This document shows, piece by piece, positions 23,801-37,070 of a stretch of DNA of 64,000 nucleotides (positions are counted from its first letter, which is position 1; each line of letters opens with the position of its first letter). The stretch lies in NCBI RefSeq assembly GCF_008831285.2, contig NC_045138.2, positions 36,518,001 to 36,582,000 on the forward strand, written 5' to 3'. The DNA is from Nymphaea colorata (taxonomy: Eukaryota). The notes below the pieces were generated by a model, which saw only the letters and a list, made by a program, of their open reading frames with translations, ran no database searches and was not told the origin of the DNA. A program made the position numbers and the translations under genes.

Positions 23801-25520
23801 AACTTCTTCCCTCAAGAAGCCTTCCAATAGGATATGATCACCATATAGCTAAATTTGGTGATTGGAGGGTGAGCAATTAATGCTATTCATCAAATCATTA
23901 TGACATAGAAGTAATTAGACCTCCGTATATCTGCAATGACAAACTAATTATTTCATTTGTATTTTGTGGAAATTGAGCATACTAAAATCTTCAAGAAATA
24001 CCAAGGATGATGCAAATGATGTTCTAGGAAAATTAAGGAGAAGGTCAACTGAAAAGCCTTATTTCATTCTATTATTCACAGGAAAGAGGGAACAATCAGA
24101 CACATGCGGAAGTCCACCTTTTCAGAACACGTGACAAAACTAACGATAAAATAGAAAACTGCTACTTCTACTGAAAGAAGAGCTACCTGCAAAGCCTTTT
24201 CATAAAATTTATGACTGCGAAGAGTAGCCATGACTATTGAAACAATATCTCGGGTCACAGCATTACCTCCTTCAACCCAATTATCAATTGCATCCTCAAC
24301 AGATTGAGGCAGAGTCTGAATGATAACCTGACTCAATGAGGAACTAGTCTTCTCCTGGAAGTCCTTCACTTTGGCACTAAAACCAACTTCAGAATCCGAG
24401 GTGTCAATTTCTGCATGTTCCCTGGTCAAGTCCTCAGCTGAATCATCTTCTTCTGATAGCTCAGGCTCAGACACCAAATAGTCAACCTCCTCCGGGGCCT
24501 CACTTTTATTACCCTCCACATTCTCAGGAGTCTCAAGCTTTGAGAATGTATCATCTTGGCCTTCTTCATCTCCATTCGCCACTGGCCTTGCCTGTGAAGA
24601 AAGGAACTTACCACCCATAAAGTATTTGGTGTATACAAGGCGATTAGAGAATCTCTTTGGCAAGGGGTTATCAGCAACAACGAAATGACCGTTTTCATGA
24701 TTATTTAGGCACCAAACAGTGCCATTGCTTAAACCGTCCCGTTTGACAAAAAAGTTTCTAGCAGCAAGCATCTGATACCCCAGTCCCCTGGCACAACGAC
24801 GAGCAAAGTAAACTAGTTAGTATAAAGTTTACAGTTATCTCTGATTCTCTGCTCGATAAAAAGTCCAATAATCACACCGGCACGTCTATGAAAATAAAAT
24901 CATATGAAGCATATTTAAATATGAAAAATTAAACAGACACAAACAAAGAATAAAAAGATATATCTAAGGTACAACCTTCATCGAACGATAAGCTGGGGGT
25001 TCAGACTACGGATTAATATATCAAAACCGTACACTATAGCATGATCTTCACAACAAAAGGAACCACATGCACAGTGAACAATATAGCAAGGTGTCTGGCT
25101 CCCAATCCAAAGGTTTGTCCTTCCAACATCTACCATTACATGTCTGAGGGAACCTACAAAATCGCTTGTGCTAAACCGTGCTGAGCTCCTCTAACAGAAA
25201 CCACTTCTACACCGCAAACAATTCATCAAAATAATTTCTTGATTCACGATGAGACATTGAACGGACATGAAAATCTCGATTCAACTTAGCGAAGCAACCT
25301 GGAAAAGCCAATGTGATCAGATGCTTACGGCAATGAAGGAAAACCAAACAAATGAACGCACCCGAGAGCAGAAACAGGAAATCAACTAAGATCATTTCAA
25401 CGTATAGATTGAAACTTTTAGAAGCCGGAGCATCTTTTGCACGTTTGTGTGTGTGTATGAGAGAGAGAGAGAAAGAGACCTGAGAGGGTTGCTGTTGGTA
25501 GCTCTGCGAACTGCCCACAT
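20833..25520 (-). CDS. P-class PPR protein, mitochondrial, At1g80270/PPR596-like, copy A (630 aa)
   Basis: Exons 25520-25480 (MWAVRRATNSNPLR, presequence-like), 24787-24187 (acidic N-region ...YEKALQ) and 22083-20833 (LSEWLE...DYASRLDL...YRTLLAN...DVLLLME...YINAKQPAYG...RLKADNI); GT-AG junctions join in frame. Confidence 0.93.
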
Positions 25521-25769
25521 GGGGGAAACGCCCACAACAACCTCTCGACGCCGAACCCACGGAGTGGTGCTGCTGTGAAGGGAGCTGAACCGCGTTTCGC
25601 TCCAATTCCACTTGGGCGAGCCTAAGCCGCCGTGTCTGGGAACCGGATTACCCCAAAACGCTCTTGCTTCTTATGCTCAATAAAATGGTATTTCGACCAA
25701 ATCACTTCCTACAAACGAGTTCATACGATGAGCAATGAGATTCACACCCCTCGAGTTATTTTGACAAGG

Positions 25770-26806
25770 TTTGATAAATTATTCTTTAATTTATTTGGAT
25801 TGGATATGATTGTCTTTTGGCATCTTTTCTCATATTAAGTCCAACAGGTGAGTCTTTTTTGTGTTCTTAGTAGTGGCATCTGACAACCGAGCATTCTCTT
25901 ATCACCCTATTCATTTGTTCTAAATTTGACATGTCTTCCCTTAGTGTTTGGAATAATTTTATCTCTCACACTTCTTCTTCTCACTTTTGGTGCGACCTGC
26001 TTTCTGCCTTTTTCATTTTCCTCTGGCTCGCTGACCTCCCTTCATTTACACCATCATCTTGGCCTTTTCCACATTTCTAGGGATTCATTTTTTCTTCTTG
26101 CTACCTAACTTCCTTTGATTCTTCTGTTGCGTTGCTCCCACCTTGGCCCCTTTGGTTCACAAGCCCTTCTTCTCGTGCCATTGCTTTTGTCTGACTTCTT
26201 TTCTTGCTAGCCTCATTAACACTTTTGACCACTTACAACACATTGACATCAGTTTAGCTAACCAGTGTCTCATCTGTCTCACTGCAGCTTAGTCTCGGGT
26301 CCACCTTTTTATTGTTTGCCATTTCTTCCTGAGTGTTCTTGCCTTTGCATGGCCTTCCCTTGTTAGCAGTCTTCTAAACTCACCCTCTATTCGCCTTTTT
26401 TTTCACTTTTCTCCTTCCCCCCACCTATCTGCTTCATGGGGGTGAGTCAGAAAGTTGTGGCTCATTTTCTTTTGGTGGTGCATTTGAGAGGAGCGCAACA
26501 ACAGGGTTTTCAATAACACTTTCTCATTGCCGGATGTTGTGGCTCGTCTAGTGCAGGGGGATGTCCATTTGCTTTTTGGCTACGGCGTCCTCCTTCGTCT
26601 ATAGTTGGGTAACTGTGTTGCACCATCTTCCACTCTCTCTACCTATTCTTTTTTTCGTTGTATTGTTCAATTATCTTGTATGTTCGTATTTTATTTTTAT
26701 TTTTGCGGTTTGTTCATGTATTTAGGGGACTTCTTGTCCCCAAATTTTGTTATGAATTTTCATTTTATGAGCACACTCATTAGTCATCCCAGTTAAAAAA
26801 GGAAAA
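25770..26806 (+). mobile_element. 5'-truncated, decayed L1-clade LINE (ORF2 C-terminal zf-RVT region plus 3' tail)
   Basis: The frame from 26221 reads TFDHLQHIDISLANQCLICLTAA*SRVHLFIVCHFF; the same frame at 26461 reads LIFFWWCI*EERNNRVFNN (zf-RVT CxxC...HLF..C and WxIWxERNxRxF motifs). A-rich end near 26795-26806. Absent from the matching position of duplicate copy B (about 39090-39110). Left boundary approximate. Confidence 0.8.
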
Positions 26807-27228
26807 ATGGACTAATTGTCATTTTCCTCGGCCTCATTATAGGAACAAAAATCAGTATAGGTTTCGGTTTCCAAATGAATGCTTTTACCGGTTTGTGAAA
26901 AGAAGTGAATGGTTTATTTGATAAGCTGATTCTAACAAAATGGATTCCCTTTTATGTCGAAGAGTAGGACAACTGAAGAACCCAATAGTTTTCCAAAAAA
27001 AATTGCAGAATTGGCTGAATAGAGTTGAATCAGCACCTTCCTTCAATTTGGCAAGTTCAAAGTTCAAATTTTCTCAAAACAATCCAGAAAATTATTTTAA
27101 AAAAATCGAAACAGTTGCCGAAGAAATTAAAAGATGATTTATAAGGTTCAATTACATGGAAAAATATCATTCGTAAATGCATGTAAGTAAGAAGAAAATC
27201 TAAGATAATTAAGAACATCTAAAAAAGA

Positions 27229-27335
27229 GTGATAGTTAGTATGTAACTGGGCAAAAGGGCCTCGTCAAAGATACAAGCGCGAAAGACCAGGGGACGTCAA
27301 AGTTCTTGAAAAATTTCTCCAGCACCAACTACTTC
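27229..27335 (+). pseudogene. Orphan 3' fragment of NDUFA6 exon 2 (its 3' UTR homology continues to about 27780)
   Basis: Reads *YVTGQKGLVKDTSAKDQGTSKFLKNFSSTNYF versus QYVIGRGGLVQDTSTKDQETSEFLKKFYSTNYF at about 20050-20148. No upstream exon or start codon; CAG changed to TAG and the stop is lost. Confidence 0.88.
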
Positions 27336-28127
27336 CTAGTTTGGAACGAAAACAAACTGCTTTATTGTGTCAACTTTTATCCTCTTGGTTGCCAATGCTT
27401 TCGAATTCTGGGAATGGACCTTTGTAAATACGATGCTGGCACCTTGATCATTTTGGAATGATTTGTTGCACTCTGATAGTATTTTGAGGAAGAATATCAG
27501 ATAACTTCCAATCACAGGTAGAGCACAAAATTGTCATGCTGTACTGCTCCACTTTTTAAGTTAATTGACTCAGGAGGAAGAGCCTGCAGTAGGGCCGTTC
27601 GGCATAGGTAGAGAACAAAAACGGTGCTTTAGTTGCCATTTTTCCTGAGTGTTTCTGTAGTTCTCGCGACAAGCAAGGATGCTAAACGTTCGTTTTTCCA
27701 ATGTTTCATTAGAACTCATCTTATCCCTAGACGAATTTATTATACCATCTTGAAACTATGAATCTGATAATGTCCGGTAGTTAAAGTAATGGAGGTTTTC
27801 TTATTGAGCCATTAGCGTCGCCTCCTTTTGACGAGCTAATCGATGGTCATATGGTCTGCCGTGGATCCCAAACCACCATAACAAGTGCACAGTACCTTCG
27901 ATACGAGAGAGAAAGAGACCGTATCATCTCACCTGTTCCGAGGTCAGTTAAAAATCTCAAACAGGTATACATTATGGAAACAAAAGTTAATGGGAGCCCT
28001 AAAACCTCAATGGAAAAAAGCAACGTGTTTTCAAAATTACGATGGAAATTAAAAACAAAAAAAGGCATTCACGCATTAATCATAAGAACCAGCTTTAAAC
28101 TGCCTTAAGGCGCTGATCATACAGTTC

Positions 28128-31100
28128 TCATTCCAGCAATTCCGCTACCGCAAACTTGTGGCAGCTGTTAAGTAGCGCCAGCTGAGATGCCATTGCTCCC
28201 TGTGGAAGTATATTATCGGCCTTCAGTCTTTCTGCAAATCCGTATGCAGGTTCCTTTGCATTAACATAAGCAATGAGGAGCCGCCGATATGCTCCAACTT
28301 TGCTCGTGTATCCAGCCCGCCTTGACTGCTCAAAGATTTTTTCAGCATTGTGAATATCGCCTTTCTCTGCGTATCCACCCAAGATGGCGAAGTAAGTGAC
28401 GTACATGGGCCTTGCATTCTTTTGCTGCACAGCCATCTGCAGGACAGAATCAGCCTTCTGCACTTCACCTGACCGCAAATAAAGCTTCACAACTGCATCC
28501 AGTGTCAAGGGCATCAGTCCGCCACCCTCAACCAACATGCGCTTCACCAATTTTTTGGCTTTATCCAGCAGCTTGTGATTTGTATAAACCTTCAGTAAAG
28601 CGGTGCAGATTTTCTGGGGAAGCTTGCCTCCATGCTCGGTCCTCTTCTCAAACACTGCCTCGGCATTCTCTATCTTACCCAGCTTCCCCCAGGCTTCAAT
28701 GGCAAAGATAGACTCTGCCGGTTGTGGATTTGCCCCACACAGTTCCCAGATACGGCTAACATCATCTGATCTGCCAAGGTTGGCATAGAGAGAAAGCAAA
28801 CCCCTACGCACACCACCCCTAACCTTTGACGAATCTCCTTCCATTTCCTTTAGGATTGGATCTACCTTCTCGTGTAACCGGCCTTTGATGTAGTAGCTAG
28901 CTAACAGATATTGGGTATATCCATCAGGAACTAATCCATCAGATTTCATTTTCTCCACAACCTGTTCCATCCCCTCATAATCACCAACCCTTCCTTTTGC
29001 ATCGATCAAGATCTTGTAAGTGACCAGTGTAGGCTTGACGTTTTCCTTCTCCATCAGCAGTAGGACATCAGCAAGTTTCTCCCTGTCAAGTATTTTGTAC
29101 AGCGCAAGTAGTTGGTTACATGAAAATGCAGTCAAGGGAAAGCCTTTCTTCTGCATTAACTTAAACAATGCCTCCGCTTTCCTTAACATTTGCATGCTAG
29201 TGTAATTGGCCAAGAGAGTCCTGTAAACTAATTCAGTTTGCATGGTTGGTGGAATGCTTTTCAGAAAACGTTTAGCAGCATGAATACCATAAACTTTGGC
29301 AACCAAATCCATGCGAGAAGCATAATCTCGGTCAGTCAAAGGTAAGGTCCCGCTCGCTTCCAACCATTCTGAAAGCTGCAAAACCATGAGATCAAAGGTA
29401 AGAGGAACAAACACTAAACTTGACTTTCATTTTCGCTGCAGCAAGCCAATGACCAAGAAAAATCATTTTCTGAAGCCAATACGGAGGAACAATATAGAAC
29501 AAATTCAACAATTTAGGCAATTAAATTGAATAAAAGAAAAGGTTGGTGATGATTCACTGTACTTTTCACAAAGAGAAGGTACTTGTATGTTATCTTTTTC
29601 TATTTCTTCCTTTCGTCTTTTAAGATCAAATGACAAGCCTTTCCTTGCTGGTATTCAAATAGGTAAATTTATCAAAGCTTGGCGAGCGGATAGAAAAAGA
29701 GAAAAAAGAAAAGGGAAAAGAAAAGAATTTGAGAATCAGAATTAAGCACCATCTGCTATGATTAGTTAAATGTCTCTCAAAACATATGTAAATACATGTA
29801 CAAACAATTGAAAGCAAGTATGCTTTTATTTTTGGCCACATAAAAGTCTCTCACCTTTTGTCTTCATCCACTAGAATAGAATCCTACTGCCCAGTTTTAG
29901 ACATCTCATATGAACAATTCCCTCGCTGGTGAAGTAATGAATAGGTAACTTTTTCTTAATCTGTAGCAGTAGAACAGGTATTCTAACTTCAACGTAGGTC
30001 CACAAAGAATCAAATAACTGGACAAGGAGAGCCCAAGGTGGTTGATGGAGTGGGTTGGGCTTTGGCTATCAGAGAAACATAATCTAATCTCATGGGCACC
30101 ACCTTCTATGCGAGCCTAAGCAGACAGATGCAATATGTCCTGGGGGCCAGGACACCAGCCATGCGGTTTTAAACTGACAGGCGTGCAACTAAGTCTGACA
30201 TGCCAGGCGCGGCTTCCTGATATTGGAAAGGAAAAGAACTGAACAAGGATAACCATCAAATCACTCCCTAGTCCCTGCCTTTTGTCTGCACTTTCTAATA
30301 CACCTGTTCTCATCCTTGACTCTTTCAGCTGATCGGTGTCCAATGTACAAGATTTGAGGGACTTATTAATGTATTTATTGATTTCAGTTAACAACTTAAA
30401 AAGATCATGAGCATATAATTGCCAGAGAAAAGAGCTAGTTGATCGGTGGCTTCTAGAGTGAATGTAACAGCAAGTTATTTAACAGCAAGTTATTTATGTC
30501 CAAATGTTAACACGCTCACTCAGGCCACTTGACAAAAACATAACCATGAAAACTGATCACCCTAAACCTACTAGTCTACTGCCAGCACACTGCAAGCAGT
30601 GAGTTCTTATTAAGCTTCAACGGCAAAATCTGGATATTAATCTAATGCCTTACCTATTAATTTATCTGTCCAGGACACCAAATTATCATCATTGCTGCCA
30701 TCAGCTCTCACTCAATGGGTTCAGCCAACCAGATCAAATACTATTGGTCTTTCTAATATAAAGCTAAAATTACAATCAACCATCTTTGAATATCCTTCTA
30801 GGGTTTCATTAAATTGGTTTCACAACAAACCAAAAACACCACGTGTTTCCGCTCATAAGCTGAGAGGACAAGGACAAAAAAGTTGCTTCATTGACATTCA
30901 AGAATATATTAAAAGAAATTACCAACCTGGGGCCAAAGTATACCTGTTTCTAATATTAGTTTGGTATTTACAAGTAGTGCTATAGAACGTCAAAGCTAGA
31001 AGATTAAAGCAAGTGGTAGTCTATTGCGGTATTCAAGTGTGAGATTGCTGGATTGCAACGATGCAATATCATTTGTTAGGAGGAGCCTACAACAGATCAC

Positions 31101-31985
31101 TTGCATAACCCAGGAAAACTAACATGAATATCCATATGCCTTCTGCAGTTTGCGCTTGTTGTAATCAGTTTCATGTGCCACCATATAGCTCTCCTTGAAG
31201 GTATTCAAGTGAGAGACTTTGATAGTTCGATACAATCTCAAGAATATATTAAGGGAAATTACCAACCTGGGGCCCTAACAACTTGTATATCTATTTCTGA
31301 TATTGGTTCAGTACTTCCAAGTAGTACATACAGAAAATCAAAGCCTAGAAGATAACAAGTGGTAGCACTTCTATATGGTATTCAAGTATGAGATCATTTA
31401 ATTAAGACTTAGATGCAATAATGTTTGCCATGAAGAACATACAAGAGATTGCTTGCATAACCAAGGACAATCATCATGAATGTCCACATGCCTTCTCCAG
31501 TGTGTGCTCACTGTTGCACCATATGGCTCTCCTTTAAACACCTTACTACATGCTGTAATATTTTCTCTCTTTTTTTATACTTTTCCCTCAATAAACTTTC
31601 TAGTAGGATATGATCGCAATAGTGACTGAAGGGTGTTAAAATATAAATCCTTCACCAGCACGTTGAAAAGGAGTCTCTTAGGATTCCACCTCCTTGTAGA
31701 ATGTGTTAAAATATTTAATGTCCTTGTAACATGTGAACAGTCTCCTAGGATTCTATGTTATAGTTAATATCCTTGTTATATGGGAAGTCTCCTAGGATTC
31801 TATGTTGTAGTTAATATCTTTGTAATATGTGAAGTCTCTTAGGTTTCTATGATGTAATTAATGTCCTTGGAGCTTGTGAAATCTCCTAGGATTCTACGAT
31901 TGGAGACTCTTAGAATTCTGAAAATGAGATTATAAATAGAGGCCGTGCAAACCATTTTGGCTACGGCTTCTTCTCCTCAGTTTCT

Positions 31986-32040
<55 letters not shown>

Positions 32041-35000
32041 CCTGCGTGAGTGCTGCTTTCGGGTTACAGATATTGGTGCTACATTTCTATCATGGTATCA
32101 GAGCGCCAGGTTACGTTATCTCTACCAAACGAAATGCCCAAACAGGTCTGATCTGGTTAGAACTCTTTTCTCATCTTGTCTCTATCCTGAATTTACTTTT
32201 CTCTTGCGCAATTCTTGTTCCTTTTTCTTCTTGCTTACCAAGGACACATCTTGTTATATCGTGTCTTCTTTCCCTCTCATCTTCTACCTATATACCATTC
32301 CTTTCTGCTGTCATGGAAAACCTTTCGCATTCTGGCATGTCCTCAAGTTTTCTTCCTCACCTTATTACCGAAAAACTCAACCATGAGAATTATCTGATCT
32401 GGAAAAGGCAAATCATGCCTTTCATAAGAAGTCAAGGCCTCTTTGGACATCTCGATGGTTCAACAAAGGCTCCACCAATATCCGTCTTACAGGAAATAAA
32501 AAATGAGGCAGGAGAAGTTATTGCTGTTCATGAAGACAACAATCCTGAACATGCTATGTGGATGAGACGTGATCAAAGTCTGGTTGCGTATATTTTGTCC
32601 ACTTTATCTCAACAAGTGTTACTTTCAGTTTCTGATGATTGTACTGCAGAAGAATTATGGGAAACCCTTGCTGATACCTTTTCCCAAATATCAGAAGCTC
32701 GAATTATGTACTTAAAGAAAGAATTTCAGAATTTGAGCAAAGGTTCAACGTTTATCATGGATTATTTGGGGCGTATTAAGGCCGTCGCAGACCAACTTGC
32801 TGCCTCAGGAAATAACATTTCTGATAAGGAAAAGGTGCAGCAAACCTTGAATGGACTTGGGCATGATTATCATGCTTTTATTATAGCTCTTGAGGTCCTT
32901 CCTGTTCTGCCTTCCTTCAACGAACTACAAGGTAAACTTCTCCAACATGAAATGAATATGAAAAGAGTCATTGAAAGGACTGATCAAGGGAACTCCCAAA
33001 ATGTGTTGGCTATGAATGTAAAGTTTGGTAAGAGCCATGGGAACTCCAACCATGGTGGTCGTGGCATTCTACCAACACCACATAACCAAGGTATGTCTCC
33101 TTTGGATACTTCAAGAAAAATACCAATTTGTTTTCAGTGCAACAAGAAAGGACACATGAAAGCACAATGTTGGTTTAATCCTCAAAATAAAAACAAAGGG
33201 GTAAGACATGATTATAAACAAGGAGGACAAAGTTCTAAATCCACCGCTGAAGATATGCAACAGCTATTGATGGCCGCATTCTCAAAGATGACTATAAAAC
33301 AAAATGAGCAGGGAGAATGGTTCTTGGATTCAGGTGCAGCTACCCATGTGACAGGAAATGCAGGTAAATTGACTAACTTATCCCCTCATTACGGTAGAAG
33401 TTGCATTATAACAGGTGATGGAAAATCTCATCCTATTACACATATTGGAAATGCACATATTCCATTGTCATCCTCGTCTCTATCACTGTCTAATGTTGTT
33501 CTTGCTCCCAATATAAAAAAGAACATCATATCCATTTCTAAACTCATTGATGATACAAGCTCTTCTGTTGAATTCACACCTGATACAAGCTCTTCTGTTG
33601 AATTCACACCTTCTTCTGTCTATGTCAAGGACCTCCAAACGAAGAAAATGTTCGCTAGAGGGGAGCGTCAAGGGAATATGTACGTCCTCAAGGAATGTCT
33701 ACCCAAGGATTCATCCACTTTTGATATAGGATTGAAGACATTTTCTCTTTCTCATAATGCATCATCAGTGCCAAGTTCTTGTCATTTTCAATCAAAAGTA
33801 AGGGGCCCTAACCAATTTTTGGAGTCTGATTTGTGGCATAGTCGGCTAGGACACTGTGGTCGACATTTCATTGAAAAACTTGTCACAGATAGTCTCATTC
33901 CAAGATCAAGTTTACCTCTTACTTCAAGTGTCAAAAAATGTTCAAGTTGTGGACTTTGTAAGAGTCATGTTTTACCTTTCCATAATATAAATCAAAGGGC
34001 TTCCAAACCTTTTGAAACTATTTTTTCTGATGTATGGGGGCCAGCCCCTATTGATTCCATGTCTGGGTCAAGATATTATGTCTTATTCATTGACTCTTAC
34101 TCACGTTTCACCTGGATTTACTTCATGAAACACAAATCAGAAGTACCTCACATATTTCGAAACTTCTATGCCATGATTCAAACTAAATTTTCATCCAATG
34201 TGGTGCATTTTCAATGTGATGGAGGGGGAGAATATTCCTCGCTTGATTTTATTGAATTTCTACGTGAAAAAGGGATAACTAGACAAATTTCCTGCCCTTA
34301 CACACCACAACAAAATGGTGTAGTTGAGCGGAAACATCGACATATAGTTGAAAGCGCTATGAGCATGATGCATGATACTAATGTGCCCATTTCCTTGTGG
34401 ACTGAAGCCTTCCATACTGCTGTATACATAATAAATTGTTTGCCTATGACACTCTTGATGTCTAAATCGCCATATTTTACACTCTTAGGCAAACAACCTG
34501 ATTACAAGAACTTGAAGGTTTTTGGTTGTGTATGCTATGTTCACGTTGATGCTGCCTTGAGGAACAAGTTTCAAGACAAAGCTATTCAATGTAGATTCGT
34601 TGGATATGCTGATGAATATAAAGGTTTTCGATGCTATGATCCAACAACTAAACGTATCAAAACTTCAAGAAATGTCATTTTTGATGAACATAGTTTTGAT
34701 AATACAAATGAAATGCCTATGACCATTGAATCTTATGATCCCTGGACCAGTACACAGTTATTCAATGCAGATCCTGTTATAGAAAATGATGTGCCTCAAA
34801 GTGAAGATTCAGAGAGAGCAATACAACCGTCGGATATGGCTCAAAGTGAAAATCAAGAAGATCCAACACAGTCATCAAGTCATCACGAAAACAATAATGA
34901 ACAGAGCAACGATGCACATCGGTATTCGGGTCTTATCTACAGTCGACGACTAAGGGACAGAGATTCTCACAGTGAAGAAGACAACATGCCCCACCTTAGA

Positions 35001-37005
35001 AGATCCCAACGCATTCGTCATCCCATTCACAGGTGGGTTAGCTATGATTCTTTATCACTTGATTTTCAGTTATTCATGGCAAAAGTTGGCAAGGAGGAAG
35101 AACCTACTTCATTTGATCAAGCATCAAAATCACATCATTGGAGAAAAGCTATGAAAGAAGAAATGGATGCCTTGCATGAATGTGGAACATGGGAGATCGT
35201 TCCGAGGCCACACGAAAAGAACGTAGTGGGCTCCAAATGGGTATACAAAATTAAATACAAACCTGACGGCAGCATAGAAAGACACAAAGCAAGGTTAGTA
35301 GCAAAAGGGTTTACACAACAATATGGAGAAGATTATGATGAGACATTCAGCCCTGTGATCAAAATGGGAACAATTCGCGTGATTATATCATTGGCAGTTG
35401 AATATGGATGGAGACTACATCAAATGGACGTGAAGAATGCTTTTCTTCATGGTGATTTAAGGGAGGAAGTATATATGGAACAACCTCTAGGATACACGAA
35501 AGGAGACTCTCATGCATGGGTTTGCAAACTAAGAAAATCTATTTATGGACTTAAACAGGCCTCACGTTCGTGGTTTGACAGTTTCTCTTGCAAGATTCAA
35601 GAATGTGGTTTTCGGAGATGTCCTCTAGATCACTCTCTTTTCATTTATCGAAAGGAAAACATATTTACTTTACTTCTTATATATGTTGATGATATTGTTA
35701 TCACAGGCAATTCAGAAAAACACATAGAAGAAGCTAAAGTTTTGATGATGCAAAACTTCAAAATGAAAGAGCTTGGTGATTTACGATTCTTTCTTGGAGT
35801 GGAGATTGATAGGCACAATAATCGCCTCACATTGACACAACAGAAATACACGTTGGATTTGTTGAAAAAGTCAGGTATGTCTGATTGTAAGCCTGTTGGA
35901 ACTCCTAGTGTTCTAAATCAAAGACTAAGTGCTCAAGATGGGGAGTTATATGAAGATCCTACGCAATATCGAAGTATTGTTGGGGCACTTCAATATCTTA
36001 CATTTACTAGACCAGATATTATATATGCTGTGAATCAAGTATCCCAATTTATGCATGCACCTAGAGATACTCACATGGATGCTGTCAAAAGAATATTAAG
36101 ATATCTTAAAGGGACAGCAGGAGATGGCTTAGTTTATGGTAAGAGTGAAAATATAACTACTGGACATCAACTTATGACATTCACAGATGCAGATTGGGCT
36201 GGAGATCCCGATCAAAGAAAGTCCATTTCTGGTTTTTGTATTTTCATTGGACGTAATCTTGTGTTTTGGAGTTGTCGAAAGCAAAAGGCAGTAGCAAGAT
36301 CCAGCACTGAAGCTGAATACAGATGCATGGCTGCAGGTACTGCTGAAGTTACATGGGTTAGACATTTGCTAGAAGACATTGGAGAAAAGATTAAAACATC
36401 AATGTTAATGTGCGATAATCAAAGTGCTATTAACATTGCCTTTAATCCCGTACAACATGGTCGAACAAAGCACATTGAGATTGATCAACACTTTGTTAGA
36501 CAAAAGGTGGAAGACAAGGAAATTCAGCCTATTTATGTTCGTACAGATGAACAAGTTGCAGACTTATTTACAAAAGGATTAACAAAGGAACGATTCTGGT
36601 TTCTAAAAGGCAAGTTGTACATGGTGCAAAACCATGCACAACTTGAGGGAGGGTGTTAAAATATAAATCCTTCACCAGCACGTTGAAGAGGAGTCTCTTA
36701 GGATTCCACCTCCTTGTAGAATGTGTTAAAATATTTAATGTCCTTGTAACATGTGAACAGTCTCCTAGGATTCTATGTTATAGTTAATATCCTTGTTATA
36801 TGGGAAGTCTCCTAGGATTCTATGTTGTAGTTAATATCCTTGTAATATGTGAAGTCTCTTAGGCTTCTATGATGTAATTAATGTCCTTGGAGCTTGTGAA
36901 ATCTCCTAGGATTCTACGATTGGAGACTCTTAGAATTCTGAAAATGAGATTATAAATAGAGGCCGTGCAAACCATTTTGGCTACGGCTTCTTCTCCTCAG
37001 TTTCT

Positions 37006-37070
<65 letters not shown>

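Noticed and set aside
31629..31634. LTR starting a few bases earlier because AGGG precedes both LTRs
   Set aside because: The left AAGGG is the TSD (repeated at 37121-37125) and the right GAGGG is the PPT; the TG start at 31634 fits.
31673..31925. Heat-shock elements in the LTR linked to the nearby HSF gene
   Set aside because: The repeats do not form nGAAnnTTCn arrays, and proximity to HSFB4 is not evidence.
32046..32312. N-terminal 89 aa of the 1537-aa ORF call
   Set aside because: It starts at a GTG inside the LTR and runs through the PBS and leader; the first ATG is at 32313.
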